Virus record (IMG/VR): IMGVR_UViG_3300030708_003142 | Location: 1-32,500 of that record | Reading direction: 5' to 3' (one strand) | Length of the DNA: 32,500 nucleotides | Source: a virus | Taxonomy: Duplodnaviria > Caudoviricetes | Shown here: positions 1-9,481 of the stretch, piece by piece | Layout of the letters: each line of letters opens with the position of its first letter | How positions within the stretch are numbered: position 1 is the first letter of the stretch | Position numbers and translations under genes: made by a program | The notes under the pieces: generated by a model | Databases searched by the model: none | Told to the model about the DNA's origin: nothing | Seen by the model: the letters and a program-made list of their open reading frames with translations, nothing else

Positions 1-2
1 AA

Positions 3-299
3 GTCCCAATTGCGTCAGTAACGTTAGCTCATTATTACCCTCATCTCGACAAGCTAGTAAACATTAAGTTTTCTGAGCCTCATGTTTTAATGTACATGAA
101 GAAGCTGACACAGAAAATTTGGGAGATTAGGAAGAAAAAAAAGGATGACTTCTTTCCACAAGTAAACCAGTTTTGTGACTGGTGTGGATACAGGGATATG
201 TGCCCTAAACAAAACCCTACTACTCACTTGGCTGAGTATGCTGAAGCACTAAAGAATAAGAAACCTAGGAAAAAGACTTCTTCATCTCAAAGTACTTAG
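3..299 (+). CDS. C-terminal part of a PD-(D/E)XK / Cas4-like (RecB-family) exonuclease, 5'-truncated by the window edge
   Basis: The frame of ORF 90..299 is open back to position 3 (VPIASVTLAHYYPHLDKLVNIKFSEPHVLMY...). It ends in FFPQVNQFCDWCGYRDMCP, the CxxC-x5-C cluster typical of Cas4/AddB-like nucleases. The catalytic motifs lie outside the window. Confidence 0.75.
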   Translation, partial: VPIASVTLAHYYPHLDKLVNIKFSEPHVLMYMKKLTQKIWEIRKKKKDDFFPQVNQFCDWCGYRDMCPKQNPTTHLAEYAEALKNKKPRKKTSSSQST

Positions 300-573
300 G
301 GTCCTCAAACACTAGAGGATAATACTCTTCTATACACACTAGGTCAAAGAAGTTACGAACTTCTATTATACTATATTTATGTTTTTTAGTATAAGCTGAT
401 ACTAGGGTAGATAACTTTAGCGGTCTTTGAGTTTCTAAAGCTTTTAATACTTTTTCTTGAAAGATTTCTATGAAGTGTGTACTAAACCTGTACCTCCATT
501 TTTCTTTGAATTTTAAAGATAAGCAGTAGTTTATTTGCTCCATGAACTCGCTAAGTTGTACTGAATCGTCCAT
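265..573 (-). CDS. Hypothetical protein (102 aa), the only credible minus-strand gene
   Basis: Fills the gap between two + strand genes, has a natural helical composition and an AT-rich upstream region; its 3' end overlaps the nuclease 3' end by 35 nt. Confidence 0.75.
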   Translation of the reverse strand: MDDSVQLSEFMEQINYCLSLKFKEKWRYRFSTHFIEIFQEKVLKALETQRPLKLSTLVSAYTKKHKYSIIEVRNFFDLVCIEEYYPLVFEDPKYFEMKKSFS

Positions 574-626
574 AATTATATTTTATATATAATATAGTAA
601 AACCTTATTCAATTCTGACACAAAAA
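574..626. promoter_or_regulatory. Divergent AT-rich promoter region containing TATATAATA (586-594)
   Basis: 53-bp gap between head-to-head genes. The same 9-mer recurs at 31754-31762 in the other sizeable internal gap. The TATATA core reads on both strands. Confidence 0.5.
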
Positions 627-1010
627 ATGGTAGAAAATCAAAAAACAATATTTTTAGGCACTACAAAAAAGCTTCCTGACAAACGAACTGTTGAAAAACA
701 GGGTAAACGGGTAGCTGCTGGGTGCATTTTCACTTTTGATTATCGTTCAGCAACTGCTACTGATAAAAGACCTACCATAATTATGATTTCTCCTAAATGG
801 GTAGCCAAAAACGGACGCACTTATTTCACAGGGGTAAATTTAAATGACATAGAGGGAGATGATAGGGACATGATTATAATGACCTTTGGAAGTCTTCCTG
901 TGGGTTCGGTCTCCTACGAAGATATCAAAGGAATCACTTCAGACCCTGGATGTTGCGTACGGACGTATAGTGTAAATAAAGTACGTGCCCTACATAAGGT
1001 AGAGGTATAA
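627..1010 (+). CDS. T4 gp2-like DNA end protector protein (compact)
   Basis: The pattern G-x-I-F-T-F-x-Y ... D-x-x-P-x-I-I ... F-x-G-V-N-L-N ... S-Y-x-x-I-K ... C-V-R-T-Y-x-x-x-x-V-R resembles the gp2 family (F-x-Y..D..P.L..GLNLHY..C.K.Y...V); context is a structural module. Confidence 0.6.
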   Translation: MVENQKTIFLGTTKKLPDKRTVEKQGKRVAAGCIFTFDYRSATATDKRPTIIMISPKWVAKNGRTYFTGVNLNDIEGDDRDMIIMTFGSLPVGSVSYEDIKGITSDPGCCVRTYSVNKVRALHKVEV

Positions 1011-1011
1011 C

Positions 1012-2826
1012 ATGGCTGAACCGGGCACCACTAAACTAGACCAAATTATAGACCTGCTGACTCAACAAATTGCTCAGCAAGGCGATAAGGCTGCATTGGA
1101 TGCTCAGGAGAAGATAGAGGAGAAAGCAGCCAAGGAAAAGAAAGAGCAGGACACTAAAAACCGCAACGAATCAAAAAAATTAAAAAAACAGCTTGAAGAA
1201 AATACAATAGGGTTAATAGGTCTGTCCAAGAGTATGTTCAGCCTAAAAAACATGGTTGGCAACCAAATGAGCATGAATTCCGAGTTAGCCAAGAATTTAG
1301 GTCAGGTAGGGAAAGCAAACGAAGGAACGAGAAATGCGTTAGACCGGTTTACCGTCGGAGCTCAGGGAACTGAACAAGCTATTAAAGTATTTGCTGATGC
1401 AGTAGACTTAGGCATGACCAACTTTTCTAATAACACCATGCAGTTTGGTGCTCAGTTAAAAGTTCTTGGTGTGCAGAATAAGACTGCTTTTAACTTGATG
1501 AGAGCGAATACCCAAGCTCTAGGATTGTCGGAAGATGGGGTTCTAGCGATGACAGACAGCTTGGTCTCTACTGCTATTGCAAACGGAGACTCCATTGAAG
1601 GTTTGATAGGGGCTTTGAACTCGATGAAAGATGCGATGATTAAAACAACCGTCGAGCTCGGTCCTAAAGCCGCAATGAACGCTCAAAAAATTGCCGCGAG
1701 AATGTCTCAAGGAAATACAGAGCTTCAAGAAGCCTCTGCAAAATTTGTTCAGTCATTCCTAGCTGGTAGTGATGGGTTTATGAAAGCTGCTAAATTGGGT
1801 GTCACGTTTACCGGCACTGAATCTGAAGATGAGATGGCTGCTAAGTTTGAGCAAATTCTCGCACGTATGGGAGACCTGACCGCAGGTAAAACCGGAGCTG
1901 GCTCTCAATTCCTCTTTGATTCTTTCGAAGCAAGCTTAGGCTTGACTAGGGAAGATTTTAACCTACAACAACAAATAGGAAACTCGATTGGGCAATTAGT
2001 ACAAGGGAATACAGAACAACTTTCCGCTCAATCCGCTGCTATGAATTTAGAACAACAAATGTTAAATGCGACTAACGCCATTCAAAACAACACCTTAAAA
2101 CTGACTGAAGGTGCTGCTCGCAGTATTCAGTTGGCTACCGATGGGTTTGGTAAACTAGACGGATATATTGATGACTTTGCAAGGTGGGTTGGCATTTCGG
2201 AAGAGTTTATTAAGAAGTTCCCTAACCTTGCCAATTGGTTCGTACCTCTTATCGCTGGTGTTTTTGGTATTCGAAACTTTTTCAAAGCAGGTGGTTTTGT
2301 TAAAGCCCTAGCTGGTTTAGGTAGGGGCGGTGGAGGCGCCGTCGCTGGAGGAGCTGCTAAAGGCGCTGCGAAAAAAGGATTTTTCAGAGGTGCCGCGAGA
2401 TTATTAGGAAGAGCCCTTCCTATAGGTGCTATTGCGATGGGTCTTACTGACGCAATAGGGGGATTCATGGCTGATAAAGACGCAGGTATCGGGAGGTCTC
2501 TTGCCAATGCTGGTAGTTCGTTAGTGAATGGGCTAACTTTTGGTTTATTAGGTTCTTCCCCAGCCGAAATTAAAGAGCAAGCCGCCGGCGCAGTACCTCC
2601 TGAAGCCTCTGCCGCTATGATGGAGGGTGCTCAACCCGCTATGATGGGTATGGGAGAAACTCCTACTGGAGGATTCGGGGAAAAATTAGTGGCGGCTATG
2701 AACGCTAATACTCAGGTACTAAAAGAGATTTTAGAGACCAACCAAGACGGTAATGACCTTACAGAACGGCAAACTGTTGCACTTTCTGATGGAGGGTACA
2801 TACCTATAGCAGCAGGTAGGAAATAA
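1012..2826 (+). CDS. Tail tape measure protein (604 aa)
   Basis: Ala/Gln/Met/Gly-rich and helical, with an N-terminal coiled coil, a hydrophobic segment (NWFVPLIAGVFGI), a Gly/Lys-rich linker and a GLTFGL amphipathic region; lies directly upstream of the baseplate genes. Confidence 0.8.
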   Translation: MAEPGTTKLDQIIDLLTQQIAQQGDKAALDAQEKIEEKAAKEKKEQDTKNRNESKKLKKQLEENTIGLIGLSKSMFSLKNMVGNQMSMNSELAKNLGQVGKANEGTRNALDRFTVGAQGTEQAIKVFADAVDLGMTNFSNNTMQFGAQLKVLGVQNKTAFNLMRANTQALGLSEDGVLAMTDSLVSTAIANGDSIEGLIGALNSMKDAMIKTTVELGPKAAMNAQKIAARMSQGNTELQEASAKFVQSFLAGSDGFMKAAKLGVTFTGTESEDEMAAKFEQILARMGDLTAGKTGAGSQFLFDSFEASLGLTREDFNLQQQIGNSIGQLVQGNTEQLSAQSAAMNLEQQMLNATNAIQNNTLKLTEGAARSIQLATDGFGKLDGYIDDFARWVGISEEFIKKFPNLANWFVPLIAGVFGIRNFFKAGGFVKALAGLGRGGGGAVAGGAAKGAAKKGFFRGAARLLGRALPIGAIAMGLTDAIGGFMADKDAGIGRSLANAGSSLVNGLTFGLLGSSPAEIKEQAAGAVPPEASAAMMEGAQPAMMGMGETPTGGFGEKLVAAMNANTQVLKEILETNQDGNDLTERQTVALSDGGYIPIAAGRK

Positions 2827-3905
2827 TGGCTTTTAATCAAACAACCTTTTTAAACGCACTCAATCAAACGGACGCCTCGTTTGAGGAGAATTGGAATTCT
2901 GCTAATAAAGACAAAGGTATGGTTAATGAAGTCCTAGGACCGAGTGAACGTTTACAGTTAAACCAAGCCATAGAGAAACGAGGTGGATTACGGTTCAAAT
3001 ACGCCCCCACCAATAATTATCCTGGACCTCGGGTAGAATGGATTCCCTTCTTTGAGAACCCTATGATTACTGAATCACGTAAAGCCAATTATGCTTCTCA
3101 AAAAATATTTTTACGTAATGAACCTGTCCGATTATACACTGGAAGTGAAGCTCGTAAATTTAAAGTAGACGTACATTACAGTTTGATTCACATGGCTTAC
3201 ATGGTAGGTCAACAAGATATCACTGAGATTTTCTCTATGAATAATAATCGTGGAGATGCTTATCGTGACGTCATTGCCATTCGTCAGTATCTCGCAGATG
3301 TCTTAGAAAGAGATACAAACAGTGTAGGGAACACCGGAGTTACTGACCACGAGTTAGTAAGAGAGATGAACGACAGAGGTAATGTGACGGAGGGACCTTG
3401 GGGTCCGAATAGATGGTGGAAAAATGGTATTGGTCCTTCAGAAGGTACTTCCCGCCAAGGCTCCAATTATTGGAACTTTGCTTTGTTGTGGGTAGCCCGT
3501 ACCTCTCCTCACTGGTTACGTTATCATGAGCTACTTCAAAAAGTTATAAACAATATTAGGAGCTCCGTAATCAGCACTCAACAATCCCCCGTAAAAGGAC
3601 CCCCGCTTGTCGATTTAAAATGGGGAACTATGTATGATTTCACTCCATGTATTATAACAGATTACAAAATACAGCCAATTGAGAATGCGGGTTATGATAC
3701 AAAATCTTTAACTGCACAACGGTTAAAAGTTTCTTTAAGTCTCGAAGAGTTTACTAACGTCAACGGAAATCTTCAAGGCAAACCAACACCAACTCCTCCA
3801 AGAGGATGGGATAATATTTTTGAAACAAGTAGAATCGACCCTTTACCAGCAGATTTACGCGATACTCCGGTTGTTACTTCGAACGATATGGGAGGTAGGT
3901 CGTAA
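2826..3905 (+). CDS. Baseplate tail-tube initiator-like protein (T4 gp48/gp54, P2 gpU, CIS tube-initiator fold)
   Basis: ITESRKANY...RNEPVRLYTGSEARKFKV and PPLVDLKWGTMYDFTPCIITDYKI...LKVSLSLEE motifs; position between tape measure and LysM gene. Confidence 0.75.
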   Translation: MAFNQTTFLNALNQTDASFEENWNSANKDKGMVNEVLGPSERLQLNQAIEKRGGLRFKYAPTNNYPGPRVEWIPFFENPMITESRKANYASQKIFLRNEPVRLYTGSEARKFKVDVHYSLIHMAYMVGQQDITEIFSMNNNRGDAYRDVIAIRQYLADVLERDTNSVGNTGVTDHELVREMNDRGNVTEGPWGPNRWWKNGIGPSEGTSRQGSNYWNFALLWVARTSPHWLRYHELLQKVINNIRSSVISTQQSPVKGPPLVDLKWGTMYDFTPCIITDYKIQPIENAGYDTKSLTAQRLKVSLSLEEFTNVNGNLQGKPTPTPPRGWDNIFETSRIDPLPADLRDTPVVTSNDMGGRS

Positions 3906-4204
3906 TGGCATTAAATGGTGATAGACAAAATATTTTTGCTGGTGTAACTCTTTCTCATAGAGGAAAGACTATAACGGATATAGGACAATCTTCCAAATAC
4001 AGAACTTTTGTAAACGGACTGTCAGATGTAAACTCATCTAGGATAGCTGTCGTTCCTAATAACATGGAAGCCCGTCCGGATTTATTAGCTTATGCTGCCT
4101 ACGGTAACGAGATGTTGTGGTGGGTGTTAGTAGAAGCCAACAACGCATACGATTATGAAGTAGACTTTAAAGCAGGAACCCAAATCCTAATACCAATATT
4201 ATAA
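3905..4204 (+). CDS. Baseplate LysM-like wedge protein (T4 gp53 / P2 gpX-like)
   Basis: RPDLLAYAAYGNEMLWWVLVEANN...GTQILIP is the characteristic gp53/gpX signature. Confidence 0.88.
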   Translation: MALNGDRQNIFAGVTLSHRGKTITDIGQSSKYRTFVNGLSDVNSSRIAVVPNNMEARPDLLAYAAYGNEMLWWVLVEANNAYDYEVDFKAGTQILIPIL

Positions 4205-4205
4205 A

Positions 4206-7200
4206 ATGACTCAAACAGCCGCGTATAATGCAAACGAGGTTGCGGCAGTTTATATGTCGTTGAACCGTGATGACTTATTGTCTGTAGAAGAAGGAGGTCA
4301 ACGCCTGGGAAAAGATGCAAGTTTACAAAACGGTTTTTACGGTCTGTCTGACCCTTTAAATTTAAGGGGGGTTTTGGAATCTTTTGAAGGAGATTTTGCA
4401 CAAGGAAATAAATCGTGCACATACAAAGTTCGTATTTTAAATCCAACCACTGAGTTAGAAAATATTCTTATTGGGTTCTACTCACGCATATTCCCTCAAA
4501 ACAGTTCTGTGTTTAATACTTTTGAAGATGCTACGGAGCGTCAAAAAAGAATGAATCGTGCGTACGAGATTACAGGTGACCAAACCTCCGCCTTTGCAAC
4601 CTCGGGTGCTAACGCCGTTAAAGCTCAGTTTCCTATAATTTACCTAAGGTTTGGTTATGGCACTAACGCTGATGAAGGTCTATCTAGAATCCACAAAGCT
4701 CAAGTTTTTGATATTAAATATATTATACAAGAAAACAAAGACAAGATGATTGAGCTGAATGCGGTAGACCAATTCACCTTCACCAACCAAAACCCTTCAT
4801 TTAACAAAAGACCTTTTGCTTCTAGAGTAAAAGTATCTAAAGAAAATGAGGATGGTAGCTTTTCTTTAAAATTACCATCTGAAATACTTAGTAATGTTCT
4901 TACAGATTACATGACCGTGTTTCAGCCGTGCGTTCCTTATGTAAATATCGGAGGGTACAAAGAGGATATTGATAATTTAGTGTTTAGTTTAGCCGCGGCT
5001 CAAGCTGAAAAAGATGAGATAGCGAGACAAACAGCAATTTTAAAGGAGCAAAGTGTGTTAGGGTTAGGTATAGGTGTTGATGTGCCGGAACCTGAGCCCA
5101 CAGAGCTAACGCAAAAAGAAATTAATCAAATAAAAGACCTTCTTGACCGTCCGCTAATTACTACGGAAACTATTGACCGTGGTTCTCGGGGAGTTATCAC
5201 ACCTCAGATTTTATTTAACGCTTACAAACAAGTATTTAATCAATTGGGTATGAAATGGGAGATGAGCCCCATCGATACGCCCGAACCTGTTACTGGACCG
5301 ACAGCAGCAGAGCAACTTACACCTTTCAACACTCCTGTTGGAGGGTCCGCAGCTAAAAATGCTCAGGGAAAAGTATTACAATCGTTAAAAGAGTTAGATG
5401 ACCAAGTTGTCAATCTTAAAACCGAACTTTTACACGCACCTCCTTTGACTGGAAACATTAATACTCTCTTAGAGAATAGTCCGATAGGAAAAACTAATCG
5501 TCTAAGTTTTTGGCCAATGGCTTTGGTCGATGTTCCACGTTCAACCGATTTCGAATTTGATGCGGGTCAGCTGTTAGGAACTATCACCAAAATTGAAACT
5601 TACGGAGAGCTTACTATTACGAATAAATGGGCGGGCGTGCCCGACCCCGTAGGTTGTGGGTCAATAAAAACCCTACCGAACGGGACTATTATAGATGGAT
5701 GTGGTACACAAGCAGAACCTCCACCTCCTACAAAACCTACTTCAACCCGAAAAGGAGTAGTTGTACATTTCGCAGAGTCCGCCGAAACCATACGTGCTAA
5801 TACTAAACCTTTAACGCGTTCCTATTATAATAACACGGCTGAACGATTCAATAACCAACAATCGACCACCCCTGTCAATGATTCATACGATGTAGAATCA
5901 GACACTTACTTCCCACCACAATGGTATGCTTATGGCAGTGCTGACCCTACTGAACAAAATAATGACCCTATCAAAGTTAAAATAGTTAACGTACAAGGAA
6001 CCGTTGAACTTAATAATGACGATTATTATCTGTATCAAGCAGACTCCGATGGGTCCAATGGTAGTAAGTTCTTTTTAACCCGCGCATTACCTGATGGAGG
6101 TAATTTAGATGGGAGCGTAGATGCCGATTGGGTTAATAAGTTTAACACCGAGAATTTAAGTCCTTATGAACAAGGGGGTTCTATCATTCTAGCAGACGCA
6201 CCATTGAGAGCGCCACAACCTGAAGGAGTTCAACGAGAAATCCGCCCTCTTACAGTAAAAGAAAAGAAAAATCTGCAAGCCGCGAATATGGGTCCTATTT
6301 GGTTAGATGCAGGATATATTAATTTAGATAATTACGAAGTTAGGAAGAATATCAATGATGATTTTAATTATAAATATTCTTTTTCGGTCGGTCAACTGAA
6401 AAAGACTATCAATGCAAGCAACTTGATAAGCGCTCAAAGGGAGTTTAACGGGTTATCTCCAAGAGGAAACCCCGAACTTAGACCGTTAGATGTTAACGTA
6501 CCAGTTACATTAGCCTCGTCTTTAATTTTCAGCGGTAATACCCCGCTTCAACAGACGTATAACAAACCTTTCGTCGGTCCACGCACTAATCCGATTACCA
6601 TGAAACCTACTGAAGTAGGTATAGGAACCACGGGTTTATCGGGAACCGCGCCAATCACTCCTTTGTGGGATTTACAAACTCAACAATATTTTGATGCAGT
6701 AAAATTTCAGGAACTTCCTGATGGGGAGTTTAAGCAGTGGGCAAATTATGCAGCAGGCGCCTCCATCGCAGCTAAGCAAGCAGTGGTTCAAGATAACAGA
6801 GACGCAATGATTGTCGCAGACCGCGAGTTAGCTGTAAACCCCATCCCTCTACGGTTAGAACCTACCATACAAACAGCATACTTTATCGGCTCTGTCGCCT
6901 CCAACTTCCAAGCTGTGCAACAGGGTATTGATAAAGCGGCGGAAGAAGAACAGCAAAAACTTGAAAAGGCAGCGATAGAAGAAGAGAACAAACAAAAATC
7001 CCCTGAGGAAATTAAAAAGGATGCCTTTATTAGAAAGATTAATAAGTTCAATAATGCCTTCGTCACCATGTCAGATGACGGAGCTAATCCTCATATAAGT
7101 TCTTTTTTAGAAACTATGTTGAACAATATTAACCGTATGGTTGTAGGTAAAACTTCTAAAATGAGGGTTCAACAGCTTCAAGTGAATATGCTTTCTCCTG

Positions 7201-8357
7201 AAGAGAAAAAAATATTAAAAGAGAACTGTCCTGGTTTGGAAGGTGTGAATTGGGAGTCTGACGACTTTGCGAAAAAAGATAAAACGATTCTTATTTTAGC
7301 TCCCGGAGATACCATCGAAGAAGATTGGACGAAAAGAATTATTAGACCAGTCAAATCTTTCCCGCAAACGTTTGACCCGAGTGCAGGTAATGCAGTAATC
7401 TATCTTGATTATGGAACCGCAAACTCGATTGTTGCTAAGGTAGATTTCACGGGAGACAATCGTGTGTTAGTTAACTTAGCTCAAAGCCATTATTCAGTTC
7501 GTCAGTTTAATGATATTAAATCACTGTTTGATGGGATGCAGACGTTTAGCTCGGACATGATAACTAACGCTATCTCTAATATCCTTGCAGATAAAATCAA
7601 ACAACTCGAAGATAAAAAAATAAATTCCGCTACGGTACAACAAGACGAATCTCAGTTAGCAAAACTACGTCAACAGCGTGAAGAGTTTATTAATACTACC
7701 ACAGTAGAAGGGGGACAGGTAAGCAACGGAGAAACCACAGCATTTATTAACGATGATATTTTAAAAATGTTACCTACGTTAATTGATTCTTATGATGACC
7801 CTAAGGACCTTGCCAATGTTTTAGGTAAAAATACAGCCGAGGATATACTGAAACTCGCGAGTGTGATAGATGACCCTACTTTAGTTAATCTTATTTTTCC
7901 AGAAGCGGATATCGATGGAAAGAATAATGAAACTACTACTGAAGTATTTGAGATAGGTGATACAAGACCACGCAAAGAAGTAAAAAATAAAGTTCTTCGA
8001 CGACGAGTAGATTTTGATTCTATTAGAGCTCGTATTTCTGAAAAAGACCGTGTTGATAAAATGCAAGACATTAAATTCAACTTTAATAAGGCTATGGGTC
8101 AAGAAGTATTTAATATTACTTTAACAACTTTAGGAATACCTGAGATTGATGAACCAGGTTCTGAGTTCCTTACAAGACGAATATTTTTTAAATTTTATGA
8201 CCCACGTTTAGCGTCTGGAGAACTGCATTGGTTGAGCGGAGCTTATCAAATAATTGGATTCAAGCACCGTATCAATCCTAGCCAAGGGTTTTTGACCGAA
8301 CTTTCATTAGTGAGAGATATCAAGGTAAATATAAACGAGGTGAGGGATTATAGATAA
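4206..8357 (+). CDS. Baseplate hub protein (T4 gp27 / P2 gpD / Mu gp44-like) with large internal insertions (1383 aa)
   Basis: N-terminal YKVRILNP...IYLRFGY...IELNAVD; C-terminal FNITLTTLGIPEI and LSGAYQIIGFKHRINPSQGFLTELSLVR; located between the LysM and spike genes. Confidence 0.78.
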   Translation: MTQTAAYNANEVAAVYMSLNRDDLLSVEEGGQRLGKDASLQNGFYGLSDPLNLRGVLESFEGDFAQGNKSCTYKVRILNPTTELENILIGFYSRIFPQNSSVFNTFEDATERQKRMNRAYEITGDQTSAFATSGANAVKAQFPIIYLRFGYGTNADEGLSRIHKAQVFDIKYIIQENKDKMIELNAVDQFTFTNQNPSFNKRPFASRVKVSKENEDGSFSLKLPSEILSNVLTDYMTVFQPCVPYVNIGGYKEDIDNLVFSLAAAQAEKDEIARQTAILKEQSVLGLGIGVDVPEPEPTELTQKEINQIKDLLDRPLITTETIDRGSRGVITPQILFNAYKQVFNQLGMKWEMSPIDTPEPVTGPTAAEQLTPFNTPVGGSAAKNAQGKVLQSLKELDDQVVNLKTELLHAPPLTGNINTLLENSPIGKTNRLSFWPMALVDVPRSTDFEFDAGQLLGTITKIETYGELTITNKWAGVPDPVGCGSIKTLPNGTIIDGCGTQAEPPPPTKPTSTRKGVVVHFAESAETIRANTKPLTRSYYNNTAERFNNQQSTTPVNDSYDVESDTYFPPQWYAYGSADPTEQNNDPIKVKIVNVQGTVELNNDDYYLYQADSDGSNGSKFFLTRALPDGGNLDGSVDADWVNKFNTENLSPYEQGGSIILADAPLRAPQPEGVQREIRPLTVKEKKNLQAANMGPIWLDAGYINLDNYEVRKNINDDFNYKYSFSVGQLKKTINASNLISAQREFNGLSPRGNPELRPLDVNVPVTLASSLIFSGNTPLQQTYNKPFVGPRTNPITMKPTEVGIGTTGLSGTAPITPLWDLQTQQYFDAVKFQELPDGEFKQWANYAAGASIAAKQAVVQDNRDAMIVADRELAVNPIPLRLEPTIQTAYFIGSVASNFQAVQQGIDKAAEEEQQKLEKAAIEEENKQKSPEEIKKDAFIRKINKFNNAFVTMSDDGANPHISSFLETMLNNINRMVVGKTSKMRVQQLQVNMLSPEEKKILKENCPGLEGVNWESDDFAKKDKTILILAPGDTIEEDWTKRIIRPVKSFPQTFDPSAGNAVIYLDYGTANSIVAKVDFTGDNRVLVNLAQSHYSVRQFNDIKSLFDGMQTFSSDMITNAISNILADKIKQLEDKKINSATVQQDESQLAKLRQQREEFINTTTVEGGQVSNGETTAFINDDILKMLPTLIDSYDDPKDLANVLGKNTAEDILKLASVIDDPTLVNLIFPEADIDGKNNETTTEVFEIGDTRPRKEVKNKVLRRRVDFDSIRARISEKDRVDKMQDIKFNFNKAMGQEVFNITLTTLGIPEIDEPGSEFLTRRIFFKFYDPRLASGELHWLSGAYQIIGFKHRINPSQGFLTELSLVRDIKVNINEVRDYR

Positions 8358-9481
8358 TGACTAATTTACGTAAAGCAATCGACGCGATGGGTGATGAAGC
8401 CACTCTAGCACGTGCAATGTTAGACAGTATGGCTCCTTTTGGAACGGAAACTCCGGTACAAGAGGAAGTTGCTGCGGAAATTAGTCCAGGTAATGGTTTT
8501 TTTGCGTTTGGTACCGTTATTCAATGTTTAGATGAACAAAGAGCAGGAAGATTACTTGTTGCATCCCCCGCTTTTCCGGAAGGTCCACAGACCTGTGATT
8601 ATGTTTCTCCCGTAGGAGGGGCAGGATATGGTTTTTTTGCGCTTCCCGGTATTGGGGCTACAGTAATTATAGGAAAAGTTCCTTACGCTGACCCAGCCAC
8701 ACAAAATTTTTGGTTCGGATGTCTTTATGCAGCCGGACAAGACGCTTTACCTAATACAAAAGTACAGCCTTACATCAAAGGTCAGGGAGAACAGCTTACT
8801 AAAAATGAAGTTCTTGATAACGGAGAGCCTATCCCTAACGACCCCACCATTTCTTATGGTATACCGGACGAAAATGACGTCTATAGAGACAATGATTTGC
8901 CCGATTCGTTTGTTTTAAAACATCCGGCTGGTCATAGCGTAACACTCAGCGATAAAAATACCCCCGAACGTCAAATAAATGAGATAAAATTAAAGAGTGC
9001 TGGAAACAAACGCTTGATTTTAAGCGATGCCCCAGCAGAAGCGGGGGGAGATATGATTACTTTGGCTGACGAGAATAAAAACGGAATGCAAATTGTAACC
9101 ACAGGTTACGCAGGAACGAGCGATGATTCTATTAAAGTGAATGCTAAAGGGGATATTGAAACGTATAGCGCTAAAGGAGGTATTTCCCATACTATTGGTC
9201 CAGGTAGTAAAGACGACATTGAGTTAGAGAATGCTGGGCAAGGAGATATTAGTATAGAAGCGTTGGACGGTAATGTCGTAGTTCGCGGTTATAAAAACAT
9301 TAAGTTAGAGTGCGGTAGCTGTACAATAGAATTAACCCCTAATGCTATCAATATCGACGCTCCTACTGTAAACTTGAACGGGGGAGGAGGTGATGTAAGT
9401 ATCGCTGGGGTATCATTAACTCAACATCGCCATTATGGAAACGAAGGGAGACCTACATCTAAACCGGGGATGGACGCATGA
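8357..9481 (+). CDS. Central baseplate spike (gp5/gpV/VgrG-type OB-fold + beta-helix + HxH apex)
   Basis: GTVIQCLDEQRAGRLLV...YVSPVGGAGYGFFALPGIGATVII...FWFGCLY (OB-fold), short beta-strand repeats, and C-terminal VSIAGVSLTQHRHYG...TSKP as in P2 gpV/phi92 gp138. Confidence 0.9.
   Translation: MTNLRKAIDAMGDEATLARAMLDSMAPFGTETPVQEEVAAEISPGNGFFAFGTVIQCLDEQRAGRLLVASPAFPEGPQTCDYVSPVGGAGYGFFALPGIGATVIIGKVPYADPATQNFWFGCLYAAGQDALPNTKVQPYIKGQGEQLTKNEVLDNGEPIPNDPTISYGIPDENDVYRDNDLPDSFVLKHPAGHSVTLSDKNTPERQINEIKLKSAGNKRLILSDAPAEAGGDMITLADENKNGMQIVTTGYAGTSDDSIKVNAKGDIETYSAKGGISHTIGPGSKDDIELENAGQGDISIEALDGNVVVRGYKNIKLECGSCTIELTPNAINIDAPTVNLNGGGGDVSIAGVSLTQHRHYGNEGRPTSKPGMDA

Noticed and set aside
3-299. 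CRISPR-Cas locus suggested by the Cas4-like cysteine cluster
   Set aside because: No repeat-spacer array or other cas gene is visible; solo Cas4-like nucleases are common in phages.
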